A DNA stretch of 64,000 nt, taken from NCBI GenBank assembly GCA_025786725.1, contig JAHLTZ010000007.1:744001-808000 (forward strand), written 5' to 3'. Positions within the stretch are counted from its first letter, which is position 1; the number at the start of each line of letters is the position of its first letter. The position numbers and the translations under genes were made by a program. This DNA is from Syncephalis fuscata S228. Lineage: Eukaryota; Fungi; Zoopagomycota. The notes beneath the pieces were generated by a model, which did no database searches, was not told the DNA's origin, and worked only from the letters and a program-made list of their open reading frames with translations. Shown piece by piece: positions 26,301-38,000 of the stretch.

Positions 26301-27596
26301 ATAGTGCCACCAATGCTGTAACTAAACAGCCATAGGCCATACCTATAAGACCGAGTAGTACTGATTCCATCAGTGCACCGCGCGTACGAGATGGATTAAA
26401 AAAGAAAACTGATAGTGCAGCCAGATGTGTTGATTGTCCGCCAATCCACTCAATGGCACCTCCCAGAAAGTTGCCAACGATGCAATAAAATAAGCAAATG
26501 CTGCCTTGAGTGTTCTACGATGTTTCGGTGGAATTCTGTTATTTATATTCTGAGCCAACGTTGAAATTGGGTTGTAATACCAAGTGGTTATTGGCTGTTC
26601 ATGATGTTGGATATTGCTACCACGCGGTGTTGCTTGATACTTTTTAGTTGGAGTAGGTAGCAGTTCTGCCTCTGAAGAGGAAGAAGCATCATCTGATGAT
26701 GATGAGGATGTGTCTAAGGCCACCGCTATTTCTTGTTGTAATGATAAAGGTTTAGGTTTTTCAATTCCATCTCTAAATTTGCTAAAGTTTAGCCATGTTA
26801 ATAATTATAATAATTACTTACTCGGAATCTGAGAGTGACCGGCTCGTCATACGGCGACGCCGAATAGTGCCATCATCCAATACGACATGAACTACCGGAT
26901 CTAAATCTCCTTTCCAACCAACCAGTCCTAAACCAAAAGGATTATTGCTGTGTGATTGCCATTACTATTTGCAGAACTTGCAGAATATTGTCCTGGAGTC
27001 ATGGGTAAGGGTAGTGGCGGTAAATTCCCGCCAGGACTTGAGTGTGACCAAGTTGGTTGATGGTGCATCACATAGCGTTGTAGTCGACGCCAGTTAACAG
27101 ATCCCATGGACCCCCTTTGGTCTTTTTTTGATGCCTGCGGCGATAACATTGACCTGCGCCTATTGTTGTCGTTATTTTGAGTTGCTATATTAAAGTAGGA
27201 CTCTTGGGCGTTTCCATTTCCGCCTAGATACAATTGAATAGAGCGTTTTCTGCTTTTAGATCGGTTTTGTACAGGCGGTTTTTTATTACTGTCTTCTCCG
27301 TCGCTATGAATGTGTGTGGCCAAATGATTTTTAAATTGATGAAGTGCTGGGTCATCTGATTCATCGCTCGTTGTTAACGATAAAAAAGATTGGATTGGCA
27401 CGGATGCCGATAGAACAGTTGGTCTAACACGCCTCTATTTCCATGGTGGTTACCAGGAATATTAAAAGGCAGTGGTGCTAGTGTTGTGGTGTTTGGAGAG
27501 TCGTGTTCGGTTTCAAGTAACTCGATAACTTGCCCTGTATCCGAGGAGGGTAAAGTGTAGCATGTGTGCTGCTGGTTCATTTACAGTTGTAGACAT
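23348..27596 (-). CDS. FUSC/aromatic-acid-exporter (ArAE, ALMT-like) family membrane protein with disordered N-terminus
   Basis: YAIKSALFAMLL..PAF...YRGEWAVIS|MAVVMTPTVGGSNVVAIYRIIGTILG and EPRLKGPFP motifs; multi-exon; a few indels in the 5' part; start tentative. Confidence 0.85.
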
Positions 27597-29365
27597 TGAT
27601 GGTTATTTTGATGGATTGTTATCGATTGGTAGCACGATATGTTTACGCCAATCGGCCACTTTTACCCGGCAATATACACAGCAAGTAATAATGATTTTGA
27701 TGGCTCGCTTTTTAACGTTGGCAGTCAAAGCAACTCTTTTCACTTATTCAGACAAAAATTAAATAAAAAATCGAAAGAAACCGAAAGAAACTGAGTTACA
27801 GTGACTGTGTGGATGGATTCCAAATACGTATGCAATTTGTGCACGTGTTCAGTCTTGATAAGATAGCGACTATTTATAATTACTGAATTTAGTAACTGTT
27901 TAAACGCCATGGTACTCAATAATGCCGGTTGTTTTTATACCCATGTTGTTACCAGCTTATAGTTGCTTATTTTTACTATACCATACATATTACAAATAGT
28001 ATAGTGTGTTTACTATGTTTTATTTATTTACAACCATTGGTATATCGCAAAGTATTAAATTAAATATAGTAGGAAAGCACATTTGTTTATTGCTGTTTTC
28101 CATCCATATTCAGCTATACTGTTAAGTCTGAATAGCAATGGCATATGGAATATGTTGGTCTAGCAACTTATTGTAACAATTTGGTGGTATTGATTGTATA
28201 TATAGCGATGCTTATCATTGTTATATATTCATTATACGGTAATAAACAGCGTGTTGATATAACATCGATTTTATTGTTAAATGCCACACTAGGCAATTAT
28301 TTCAGCGCCAAAAATCAATCATATTAGAATGCTATAGAAAAATCTATATCTTGCTCACGGTCCGCCGAGACATTCCGTAAAACAGATTGTGGACCAGATG
28401 GTTATCGACGTGTGTATTCCCAAAATATTATAATAAAAGGACTGTAGAGGATAGAAGCTGTCCAAAAAAGGAATGAAAAATAGCAAAGAGTACTTGAGAT
28501 GGCATTGTTGCTATCTTATCTAGCATTGCAAATCTTAAGCAACATCAGCCTTTTACTTTTAATAGTTTTATCGTGCATGAAGATGTGCTAAAACATAATT
28601 TGTTCAAGTGATTGTATTAATGGTTTTATCATAGTTTTATTGACTCAAATGAGTTAACATATATAAAAAGTAAACAGATACAAATAAAGATAAACCAATT
28701 ATTTATTTTGTACATTATAAATCATTATTGAAAATTGATGTCATTGTATGAGGTATAATCATAACTTAGTATGCTGAAAACAATAAAAAAAGCAGCAGTC
28801 ACTAAACATATATGTGCTTCAAATCACGTGGTAATTTGATAGTGTTATATTTAGCAGTTTGAATAATGTTATGTGCTGCCATAAATGTAAATACGACCGA
28901 TTTAATTGAACAGTAAAGCATTTATTACGACGTAATACCTCGCAATTCAAAATCACACTGCTTATTAGATGTAAACAAAAGTGTAAAGCTTTAATAAATT
29001 ACATAATTAGGTAAATAAACTCAAATGTTGGTACTTGTGATAAAAAAGGACTAACATGCAATAGACATATGGCAATGTTGTTGTTGGTATGAGCAAGCAG
29101 CACGTGCATTAACTGGTTTCTATACAAGCGCATGACAGCAATTGCAGCATGTAGACTTGTGTATTTCCAGTTAGGAAGTGCCCATATGGTTTACTCCATT
29201 GTTATTCAACTGTTGTACATGCTCACTTTACTCGATTATTCCCCATTTCCTCGTTTTCCATTAATTAAGCAGTGTTCGTATATTATACAGTAATATTTCG
29301 TTTTTATGTGTTTTTATTATTTCATCCAACAGCCTTAATATTGTACTGAAGATAACTATTAGATT

Positions 29366-30745
29366 ATGAACAATACAAAGCCTTTGTCGAATGTGGTGTG
29401 TATCACAACTGTTAGCGGATATGAGTGCGGCGATAGACAAGTGTTGTACAACTTGGACGTTGCAATATTTTGCTTTGCGCTGATCACTTTCTTATTGGCC
29501 GTTGCAATCATCTTATACCGCTGGTATCACGGCTTGTTTACGTCTATTTTTCGACGCATTGACGACTACTGGATGCCAAAGCCAGTCGATATACTGCTCT
29601 TAGGATGGTGCGTCGAAAAGCTACTGCGTACTTGCTCTTACTTTCTTCAAGTTATTCACGCGCCCGCCAATACGCTAGCCCAGCAAATACCATATCTGAT
29701 TGCCACAAGTTTATTACGCTTAGCGATGGTACAGTTTGTAGTAGGCATCATCACTTATATACCGGCGATGTTTATCTGTCGGCCACGAAGCAGTAAAGCC
29801 GTAAACTATGTGCTTCAAGTAGCAAGCAACGGACAAAGCACCGTAACTCAATCTGGTTACACGTTGCACGTTCCTTCTACACGTGCTCTTTATTGGATTA
29901 ATGTGATATATTCCATGCTGTGGATCTTATTTACTTTGATGATTGGCATAGAAATTACTGTGTTCCAAGTACGAGATGACCAAGAATCGGCCAAGCATGC
30001 CAATAGCATTTTGACCAGTGCGTCAAATTTCAACTTTTGTGTTATTCTACTGGTCAGTTGCTATTATTGCTATGGCTTCTATCGAATTATGCGAACGCAT
30101 GCAGATCAGTCCATAAATTCGTCCAAACTGAAGAGAGGAGAGACGACGGCAGCACGCAATTTCCGAAATATTTTTTTGGGCATTCTCTCCTTACCTTTGG
30201 TCAGCTTAATCCTTGCCATTGTCCAATACGCAGAACGCAGCGCATCTCGTGGCACGACCTCAGTGCTCATATTTAATATGGTGTCGCGACATATTATTAT
30301 CTATAGTGTTATAGAATGGGTGGTATTCTTTTTCATTTTCCGTAATTCCCAAAATCAGGCACGACGTAAGAATGCTGATACTAAGCTTTCGGAAATGGAG
30401 TCGTCGACAAAGAATAACCAAAAAGGCTGCTATAGTCCCGGAACGACCCAGCACAGTCGTACTAACCAGGGTCAGTCGGCGACCTATGGAAATAATCATA
30501 CTCGTGATGGCGGGTTGGTATGGCAAAGTTTCGGAGGCAGTTCGTCGTCCAATTCTAATTGCCAATCTCCACAAGGCTCGTATCACCCGCTAGTTGTAGA
30601 TGTGTCTCCATTAACACCAACATACGACAGTCAGAGTGAAGAACTCAGTCCACAAACACCTAATTATCGCGAAAACACAGTAGGCGGTATTCACTCCCAT
30701 CCTCTATACAAGCCCATAGATCAATTGCCATCTCCAAGATTTTAA
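29366..30745 (+). CDS. Intronless ~7-TM protein, GPCR-like topology
   Basis: 459-aa ORF with about seven hydrophobic segments, a short Cys-containing N-terminus and a long Ser/Pro/Thr-rich C-tail. Confidence 0.8.
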   Translation: MNNTKPLSNVVCITTVSGYECGDRQVLYNLDVAIFCFALITFLLAVAIILYRWYHGLFTSIFRRIDDYWMPKPVDILLLGWCVEKLLRTCSYFLQVIHAPANTLAQQIPYLIATSLLRLAMVQFVVGIITYIPAMFICRPRSSKAVNYVLQVASNGQSTVTQSGYTLHVPSTRALYWINVIYSMLWILFTLMIGIEITVFQVRDDQESAKHANSILTSASNFNFCVILLVSCYYCYGFYRIMRTHADQSINSSKLKRGETTAARNFRNIFLGILSLPLVSLILAIVQYAERSASRGTTSVLIFNMVSRHIIIYSVIEWVVFFFIFRNSQNQARRKNADTKLSEMESSTKNNQKGCYSPGTTQHSRTNQGQSATYGNNHTRDGGLVWQSFGGSSSSNSNCQSPQGSYHPLVVDVSPLTPTYDSQSEELSPQTPNYRENTVGGIHSHPLYKPIDQLPSPRF

Positions 30746-30954
30746 TAGAAGCAACTAAAATCAGTAGTTTGTCCATAAATATTATTTTAATTAGCATCAA
30801 TATTCATTATAAATGATCGTTGTATATTTTTACTATTCCAATGATTTGCTGTTATATTTAATACATTTTTTTTATTTTATTAGCTTGTAAAACAATGTTA
30901 TGCTTTTTAATAAAGTGTTTAATATAGCTTGCGCTACTCTAGTCAATTTGTCAC

Positions 30955-31361
30955 GTATTGGTTTTGTAAATAATTTTATGAACATTGTGTCTATTTATTT
31001 GCTGCTCTTGTACTGAACGAGTTACTTATGGTGGCATTTGAAATTAATACTTGGTAAGTAGCTATGCGCTTCTATCAATGGTATACTAACAGTTATTTAG
31101 GCATCGATATATGATCTATGCTGAAGTTGCCACATTGGGCATTTACATTGGTTCGATGTCATTCTTAGATGTTGATTTTGGTAAGTGTGACTATAATGGT
31201 ATTAGTGCAAGCTTAACATTTGATTAGATATGAGGTTTATTCTTACATGGGCATTTGTCTGGCGTGTACTGGTAATCACTGCCGTAAGCAGTCTGCCTCT
31301 ATTTGTTATTAAGCGAGCACGTCGTATGTTAGCACCACCCAGCTATGCCAAACTGACCTAA
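30955..31361 (+). pseudogene. NEO1: Orphan 3'-terminal fragment of P4-ATPase flippase Neo1/ATP9 with two introns
   Basis: Spliced translation NFMNIVSI.FAALVLNELLMVAFEINTW|HRYMIYAEVATLGIYIGSMSFLDVDF|DMRFILTWAFVWRVLVITAVSSLPLFVIKRARRMLAPPSYAKLT* matches the Neo1/ATP9 C-terminus. No upstream P-type ATPase exons were found. Confidence 0.85.
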
Positions 31362-32110
31362 ACTTTAAATAAACTATCATTATATCTGTGATTGTTAGTT
31401 ATATGGCGCTTTTAATTGTAATTATTTATTTATTTAAACAATATATAAAAGCTGTTATTTATATTTAGCTTGATGCAATGTTGTTTATAACTGTGTTGAA
31501 TGATAGGATGCAGGTTGGACAGAAATGTGTAAATAGTTTTAGTCCAAAGGCCAGTCCATTTGTTGTTTGACATACAATGTAAATCAATAAGGCCTTTGGT
31601 TTAGGTATTTAGCGACACCATTGATTTAGTGAGACAATTTAGTGATTTGCCAAATAATATTGCTGCTTTTTAAATAGATGTACAAACTAGTTTAATTGTG
31701 TGGAAACGACCCATATGTTAATAGAATAAAGTGCTTATTACACATTTGACTATCCATAACAATTTACACATTAAGTACATAAATATACAACTAGAACATG
31801 CTACAATAGTCGAGTGAAATACTGTATCAAATACTTATGTACAATTTTTGCAACAAATATAGATAATGGTGCAAATGACGTTCATCATGGCCAAATTTGT
31901 ACATAGCTAGTGTATGAGCGGCTTTGTTCTAATTGTGTCGGCCATTTGCATATTGTGTAACAACATGTTTGGCAATAATATAGGCCATAATAAACAATAT
32001 TAAATAGCAAGCATGTGATGCATTCTTTCTTCTCTAGCATTCCTTTGCACTTTCAATTTATCTTTATTGCATTTCAGCATATCTATATTTCAGCATATCT
32101 ATATTTCAAC

Positions 32111-33634
32111 ATGCGTCAAATGATATATCCTCAACATGAGCCAATGCGACTAGTTGTAGCACGGTTCATTATGATATTTCTTATAGTAAGCGGCATTTTG
32201 ACATATTTCGGAATCCAGGTTAAAAAAGTTGCTGATGGCGGAACTATACATCGTTCATATGAAAATTATCACTGTAAAATGCCTGCATTGTTATTTACCG
32301 GCCCTGATGTGTTATTGAGGAAACCATTAATATTGCAAACTCAATCGCAGAAAATGCGACTAGAATATCAAGGAACGACCTTTCTTTTAACGTTAAAGAA
32401 CTTATGTGGGGAGAAGATATAAAAAATCTCCATTTACTAATTTATGTCTCTTACAGAGATATCTAACGCGACTAAAGTATTTGGATTTTACCCTGATGAA
32501 AATTGGGCTATTACTCCTCACGGTAGACAAAAGGCTAGTGGCATACGATCTGTTATAACTAGCTTTTCTTCGCTTACTATTGTCTTCACAAATCCCACTG
32601 CAACGCTCAATGGCAGACACCACTGAGCCTATGATCTATATATTAAATGAATCACATTACGATGATTTAAAAAACGCTCGAAAAAACAGACAACCACTAG
32701 ACATTGGCATGTTAAGCAAGGCACTTAGTCTTCCTTTATATTGGGATACAAAAACAAATATCAACATTCTTCAATCTTTTAAGAAAACAGGTTTTAAAGA
32801 AACGGCGCAGTATAGTATTCGTCTTGATTCAACAGATATGGCATTACAATCTAGAATCTTAGTTGATTTAAATGTTATGAATGAGCCTTACAGCGACGAA
32901 AACTTTATTATTAACGTACATGAATCCGTAAAATTATATACATGGCTTGATATTGTTAGTCCTGTTGGTGGAGCTCTGACTATTGCATTATATATATTTA
33001 CATTTTTATTTGGACAAAAACGACTGCGTCCATGGGGAATCGTACAGCGATTTATGTTACAAAATCGAATTCTTAGTAAAGTTCCTCGTGCTGTGGCAGT
33101 AATCGGGTCGGCATGGAGTACGCCTAAACAAAATTCTTTGGGACATGATTCCGCTATTGAACACGAGGAAAGTGAAATCCCACATGATTCCAGTGCTCAT
33201 ACAGTGCCAACATTAGTTAGCCAGCAAAGAAGTGTTAATACAACAATACAGTTTGCTCAAGAACCAACAATTTATCGAAATCCCAACATTGGATCACAGG
33301 CACGGTTTTGAATGAATTGCAGCAGCTTAAACAGCAAATAAATCAAATAGAGACAGCAATGATGCTAGGAAACAATCAGTCTGCACAAGAACAAAGCAAT
33401 ACACATCTTGCACCTCCTAATAATAATGGTGCACAGGCACGTGATGGTAGCTCAATAGCCGACAACAGGGCATCAAACTACAATATTTTTACCGACGTAC
33501 GAATCAATGATTTGGAGGCCTTTCGTCAGCGCGTTGAATCATTCTACTTGGCATCCGACTTGTTTGAGGTGCAAGGAGGACCGAAAGCAAACAAGCGCAG
33601 CACCATGCAAATACTTACCAATCTCAATCTTTAA
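32111..33634 (+). CDS. Two-TM membrane protein with large loop, LFGxxxxRPWGIVQ motif and coiled-coil tail; DEG/ENaC-like architecture
   Basis: TM1 LVVARFIMIFLIVSGILTYFGIQV; TM2 YTWLDIVSPVGGALTIALYIFTFLFG. ORFs are joined by a probable intron ending at 32456 and one-base shifts near 32615 and 33305. Confidence 0.72.
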
Positions 33635-34069
33635 CACTATGTTTATCTGCATTATAGTATATAATAAACGACATTTATTTAAGTGCCAAACAAATGAGAC
33701 GCTGAATAGTGTTTGCATGCCATGTCGGTCGGTTTCAGCTTGGCAAAGGAAACGGGTGTTTGTAAACATGAAGCGTGTTTCAAACTTGTTGTGTGTCAGG
33801 CCAAACAGGGGTGCAGTATGAATTGCATGCTGTGCAACCATACAACATTGTGCGTGAACAAAGCATGTGCACCATCATCACTACAAAAGGCTGCCAACAT
33901 TCGACCCATTGCCACTATTCAACACACACACACTTTCTACTTGTTACTATCTCGTCTGTTGACCAGACTATCATATCTTCTGCCACCATTGTTTATTCGT
34001 TGATAGGCCGGCCCTATTACAAGTATCTATTGATCTGTAACCTACTATTTCTGTGTCTAAGCTATCAAC

Positions 34070-34527
34070 ATGCGTTTCCTGGTTCTCTTCGTTTTCACCA
34101 TCTTTGCTGCAGTTGTATCAGCATTACCGGTTCCATCCAGTCCATATGGCGGTGATTATAGATCTAATATGCTGAGTGTTATAAACAATGATCGTGAAGC
34201 TCATAATTTAAGCCCAGCTACTTTATCAAACTGCTTAAATGCTGTTGCAGCACAGCACAGCCAACAACTTCTAAAAAACTCAGGAGCACCAGAATTTTTA
34301 ACTAAGCAATCATTAAATGAAGATACCGATTTAAGTTGTAAACATTCCCTTGGTGAAATAGTTTTGGTAGATTTACAATTAAATACTAATGAACTTGGGA
34401 CCATGCAATCTTGGATGTCAAAAATTTATTAAATTCACTTCTAACTAGTGAAAGTGCGCAAGTTGGTTTTGGAATGGACGAGAATGTCGCAGGCGATCGC
34501 TATTGGACAGTAGCTTTTACCAACTAA
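34070..34527 (+). CDS. Small secreted CAP/SCP (PR-1-like) protein
   Basis: Signal peptide MRFLVLFVFTIFAAVVSA; INNDREAHNLSP...LNAVAAQHS, GEIV, MQSWMS; then, after one indel near 34428, QVGFG...YWTVAF*. Confidence 0.8.
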
Positions 34528-35063
34528 ATAAAGATTATTTATCAGTGATATATGCGTTATTTATAAACATTCAAAACATTTAATTAGTGTTTCTTTAATA
34601 GATAATCAGTTTTAATAACTAAAATTTTAATTAGATATATTATTTTTTTACTTTTACAATATATCATTGATAAAACATTTGTTGTAAAATTCATAATTAT
34701 AGAAAATGACTACTAATCAAAGTATTGCTATGATACAAGTATAAATAGCATAAATATTTAAGTATTTATAAAGTCATTGTGATGCTGATATTATGGCTGA
34801 TCATATCACAGCACAAAATAACAGTTTTACACAAACATTAATATTTAGTTTTATTTTTGATATTGTCAATTGCTTAGTTTATGGCTTAAATTTCTTAATC
34901 TCTAGCCAGCCTAACACTAAAATACATTTGCATTAGATTGTCATTATTAAATTCTATTTATTATATACAACAATTTAATCTAACAAGTTTACTATTTAAT
35001 TCATTGTTTAATAACAACATATACATACTTTTATTAATTAATAATTTGCACACAAATATATGG

Positions 35064-38000
35064 CTACATATTATTGCCATTATTGCTAGCAACATCAGCC
35101 TCATCAACAGACGCAGTAGCCATGGCCATTAAGGTATCCAATTCCCCAGCTTGCTGACAAAGATTTCGAAGTATGCTGTTAGTCTGCCGAATTAATGTTG
35201 CTGGCGCATCGAATTCCATCAAACACCCAGTATCTGTGTAGTTATTTTTCGTTGTTATTAACACTAGTTTAGCATTGTTTACTGATGGCTTACCTAGTAC
35301 CATAACGCGATCATAGCCCAACACATTATTTACACTGCTGGATATGTATAAACGAGTAACTTGAATAAATTCTTCACGAACAATAGCCTGAAGCTTGGCC
35401 TCTGTGTCGCTATCATCTAAATCGGCACTTTCTTCGATAATAAGGATCTAAAACAAAGTATGTAAGGCTAACAATAAAATATATGTAACTGCTTACTTTA
35501 TCCTCGCGCAATAACGCCCTGGCTACAGTAAGTAATTTCCGCTGTTGATAGCTGAGATTTTCACCATTATGCGTCACTGGTGCATCTAAATGTTCCAGTC
35601 CCTCGGGACGGATAGCGCCAGCATCGCTACCAATAAGGCGGCAACGACGCAATGCATTCCAGATGGTTGCATCGTCATGATGCCAGTATGGGTCAAGATT
35701 GCTTCGAATTGTGCCGCTAAACAGCACAGGATCTCGCGGAATAATTGATAGTCTTGAGCGAAGATCTTCCAAAGGTACTCGGCTAATATCAATATTGTCA
35801 ATTAAAATACGCCCTTCGGCTATCTCCATGAACCGGAATAAAGCCATAGCAATAGCAGACTTTCCTGCACCTATAAAGTCAAAGTCAATCATTGCACTAG
35901 TTTGAATGTGGCTAATCTACCTGATTCTCCTATAATACCAATACGTTCGCCAGGTTGAATAGATACCCATATTTTACTAAGAACTCTACGGTAATTGGTA
36001 TCATTGGTGGATAGATTTTGAAACTCGATGCTACCATGTTCTGGCCACTAATGCATATAAACAATAAGGATGATGGATTTATCAATGTCTTTAAATTGGC
36101 TTACCTCTGGACTGGGAATAATAGTCTCGAGCGTGATATCCGCCCATTCTTGTTCGAGATACATAGGATCTGTCACGCTTTTTAGGCTTTGCATAGCATT
36201 ATCAACCTTGGTGCAGTACTGAATGGTCAGCTAAAATAAAACATGTTAGTAATGTGCATACGGTTTCTATTATTGTTATTAACATACACCAGCAGAGGTC
36301 GCCAAACCAATCACATAGGTTAGAATAAATCCAAAAAGACTAGGGTCAGCCTTAGTACCGGACAATAGCAGCATAAAAGTGACAATTAAAGTACAGACCG
36401 CGGCAATCCACTCGATACGACACGTAATCCATTGCGCCGAGGCTGTCAAAAAGTAAAACTGTCGGTGCACATCGTCAATGCGAGCAATCGATTCTGTTAG
36501 AAACCAATTCTGCATTCCAGATGCTCTGATGGTGGGGAGACCGCTATGTGTGTTTATATTAAAGTTTAATAAAATCGTGTTTTTTTACGTATCACTTACC
36601 TGAATATATCAGAGGAAAATGTAAAAAAAGCAAATTTTGTTTCTGGCTCAAGTTGCTTAAAGCTATGTAGTGTTTTGATAAAGTAGCATGCCAGATAAAT
36701 ACACAGAATCACTAATCACAGGTATGTTAATTTTGAGTAGTTTGTTTTATAAATCATACACACCTGCCAAGCCGGCAATCATGGTGAATCGAGGTAGAAC
36801 AGCGCAAATCACAATGAGATGTGCCAGTATACCCATTATACTGTATAGGAAAAAGGCCAAATCAGCTGGTAGTTCCTGGTCAACCACTAGCATATTTTTG
36901 CCAAACCGGTGAATGATATTAGCGATTGGCAGAGTATTCAGGCTATGTGCAGCAGTTTTCAGTATATAATCAACTAGCTGCATGTATGTTTGTTGACTTG
37001 ACCGAATTGAAGAGAAATAAATTAATAATGGTGGCAATCCTATCAAGGCAACAGCACTCAGCGATAATGCAGCATAATTTCCAAAGTAAAATAGTTGTTG
37101 GCTAGCTGACACATGTTTTCCGGCCCATATACGCAACCAATAGCTTTGCAAAAAACTGACAAGTTGATAGAATATAAACGCTGCAAATACAAAGCACCAC
37201 CAAAGTGGACTGCCACCTGAACTAAGAAACTTGCGAAGTAAACTTAAGACAGATGTGGGACGATAGCCCACATAGTGATTAGATGATGTTTCCATATTAT
37301 TGGTGTCTTCAGCGACATCTAATGGTCGTGGATGTCGGCCAGTTAGCGATGCATGGTCCATTATTGTACTATTGGATCTAATTCGCATTACTTCAGCAAT
37401 TGGCTCCAGTTTACGAACAAATTTACGAGATGGCAAGTTGCGCGATGTATTGGGAATAGTGGAGCTGGCCGTTGCCGATGAATGGATATCTAGCAGAGCC
37501 GCCAAATTCCCAGTGCCTATGACACGGCCTTCCCCAATAAAACTGAAAAAGCTGCGACATTTACGTATGGCTCTGCGTGACGTGTGGCCAAAATACGTGT
37601 ACGTCCGTACATCAATGGACCAAATAGACACTTGTCAACAATATACTCGGTGGTTTCATCATCGATCTCAGTAAAACATTCATCTAGCAAAATGTGATGG
37701 GCTGGGCCGTAGATAGCTCGCGCAAAGCAATACGCTGTTTTAAACTATCAGTCAAGCTTGCATCATTTGATTGAATCCATGTATTGTCGCCGTCGGGCAG
37801 TCGGGAAATATCGTTCGCAAGAACACAAGCTCGTAGTGTCTGTTGATATCTGATCTCATCGTATGCTTGACCAAATAAAATGTTTTCTCGAATTGTTGTA
37901 TCTTGTAGCCAAGTTTGCTGTGCAACATAGGCTACAGTAGTTCCAATTGAATTGTCGCCACGCAAAGTGCTTTGGTAGTTGGGCAGAAAAACACGTCCTT

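Noticed and set aside
28145-28327. 60-aa hydrophobic ORF in a long intergenic region
   Set aside because: AT-rich with no motif, homolog or splice context; the hydrophobicity is expected from base composition.
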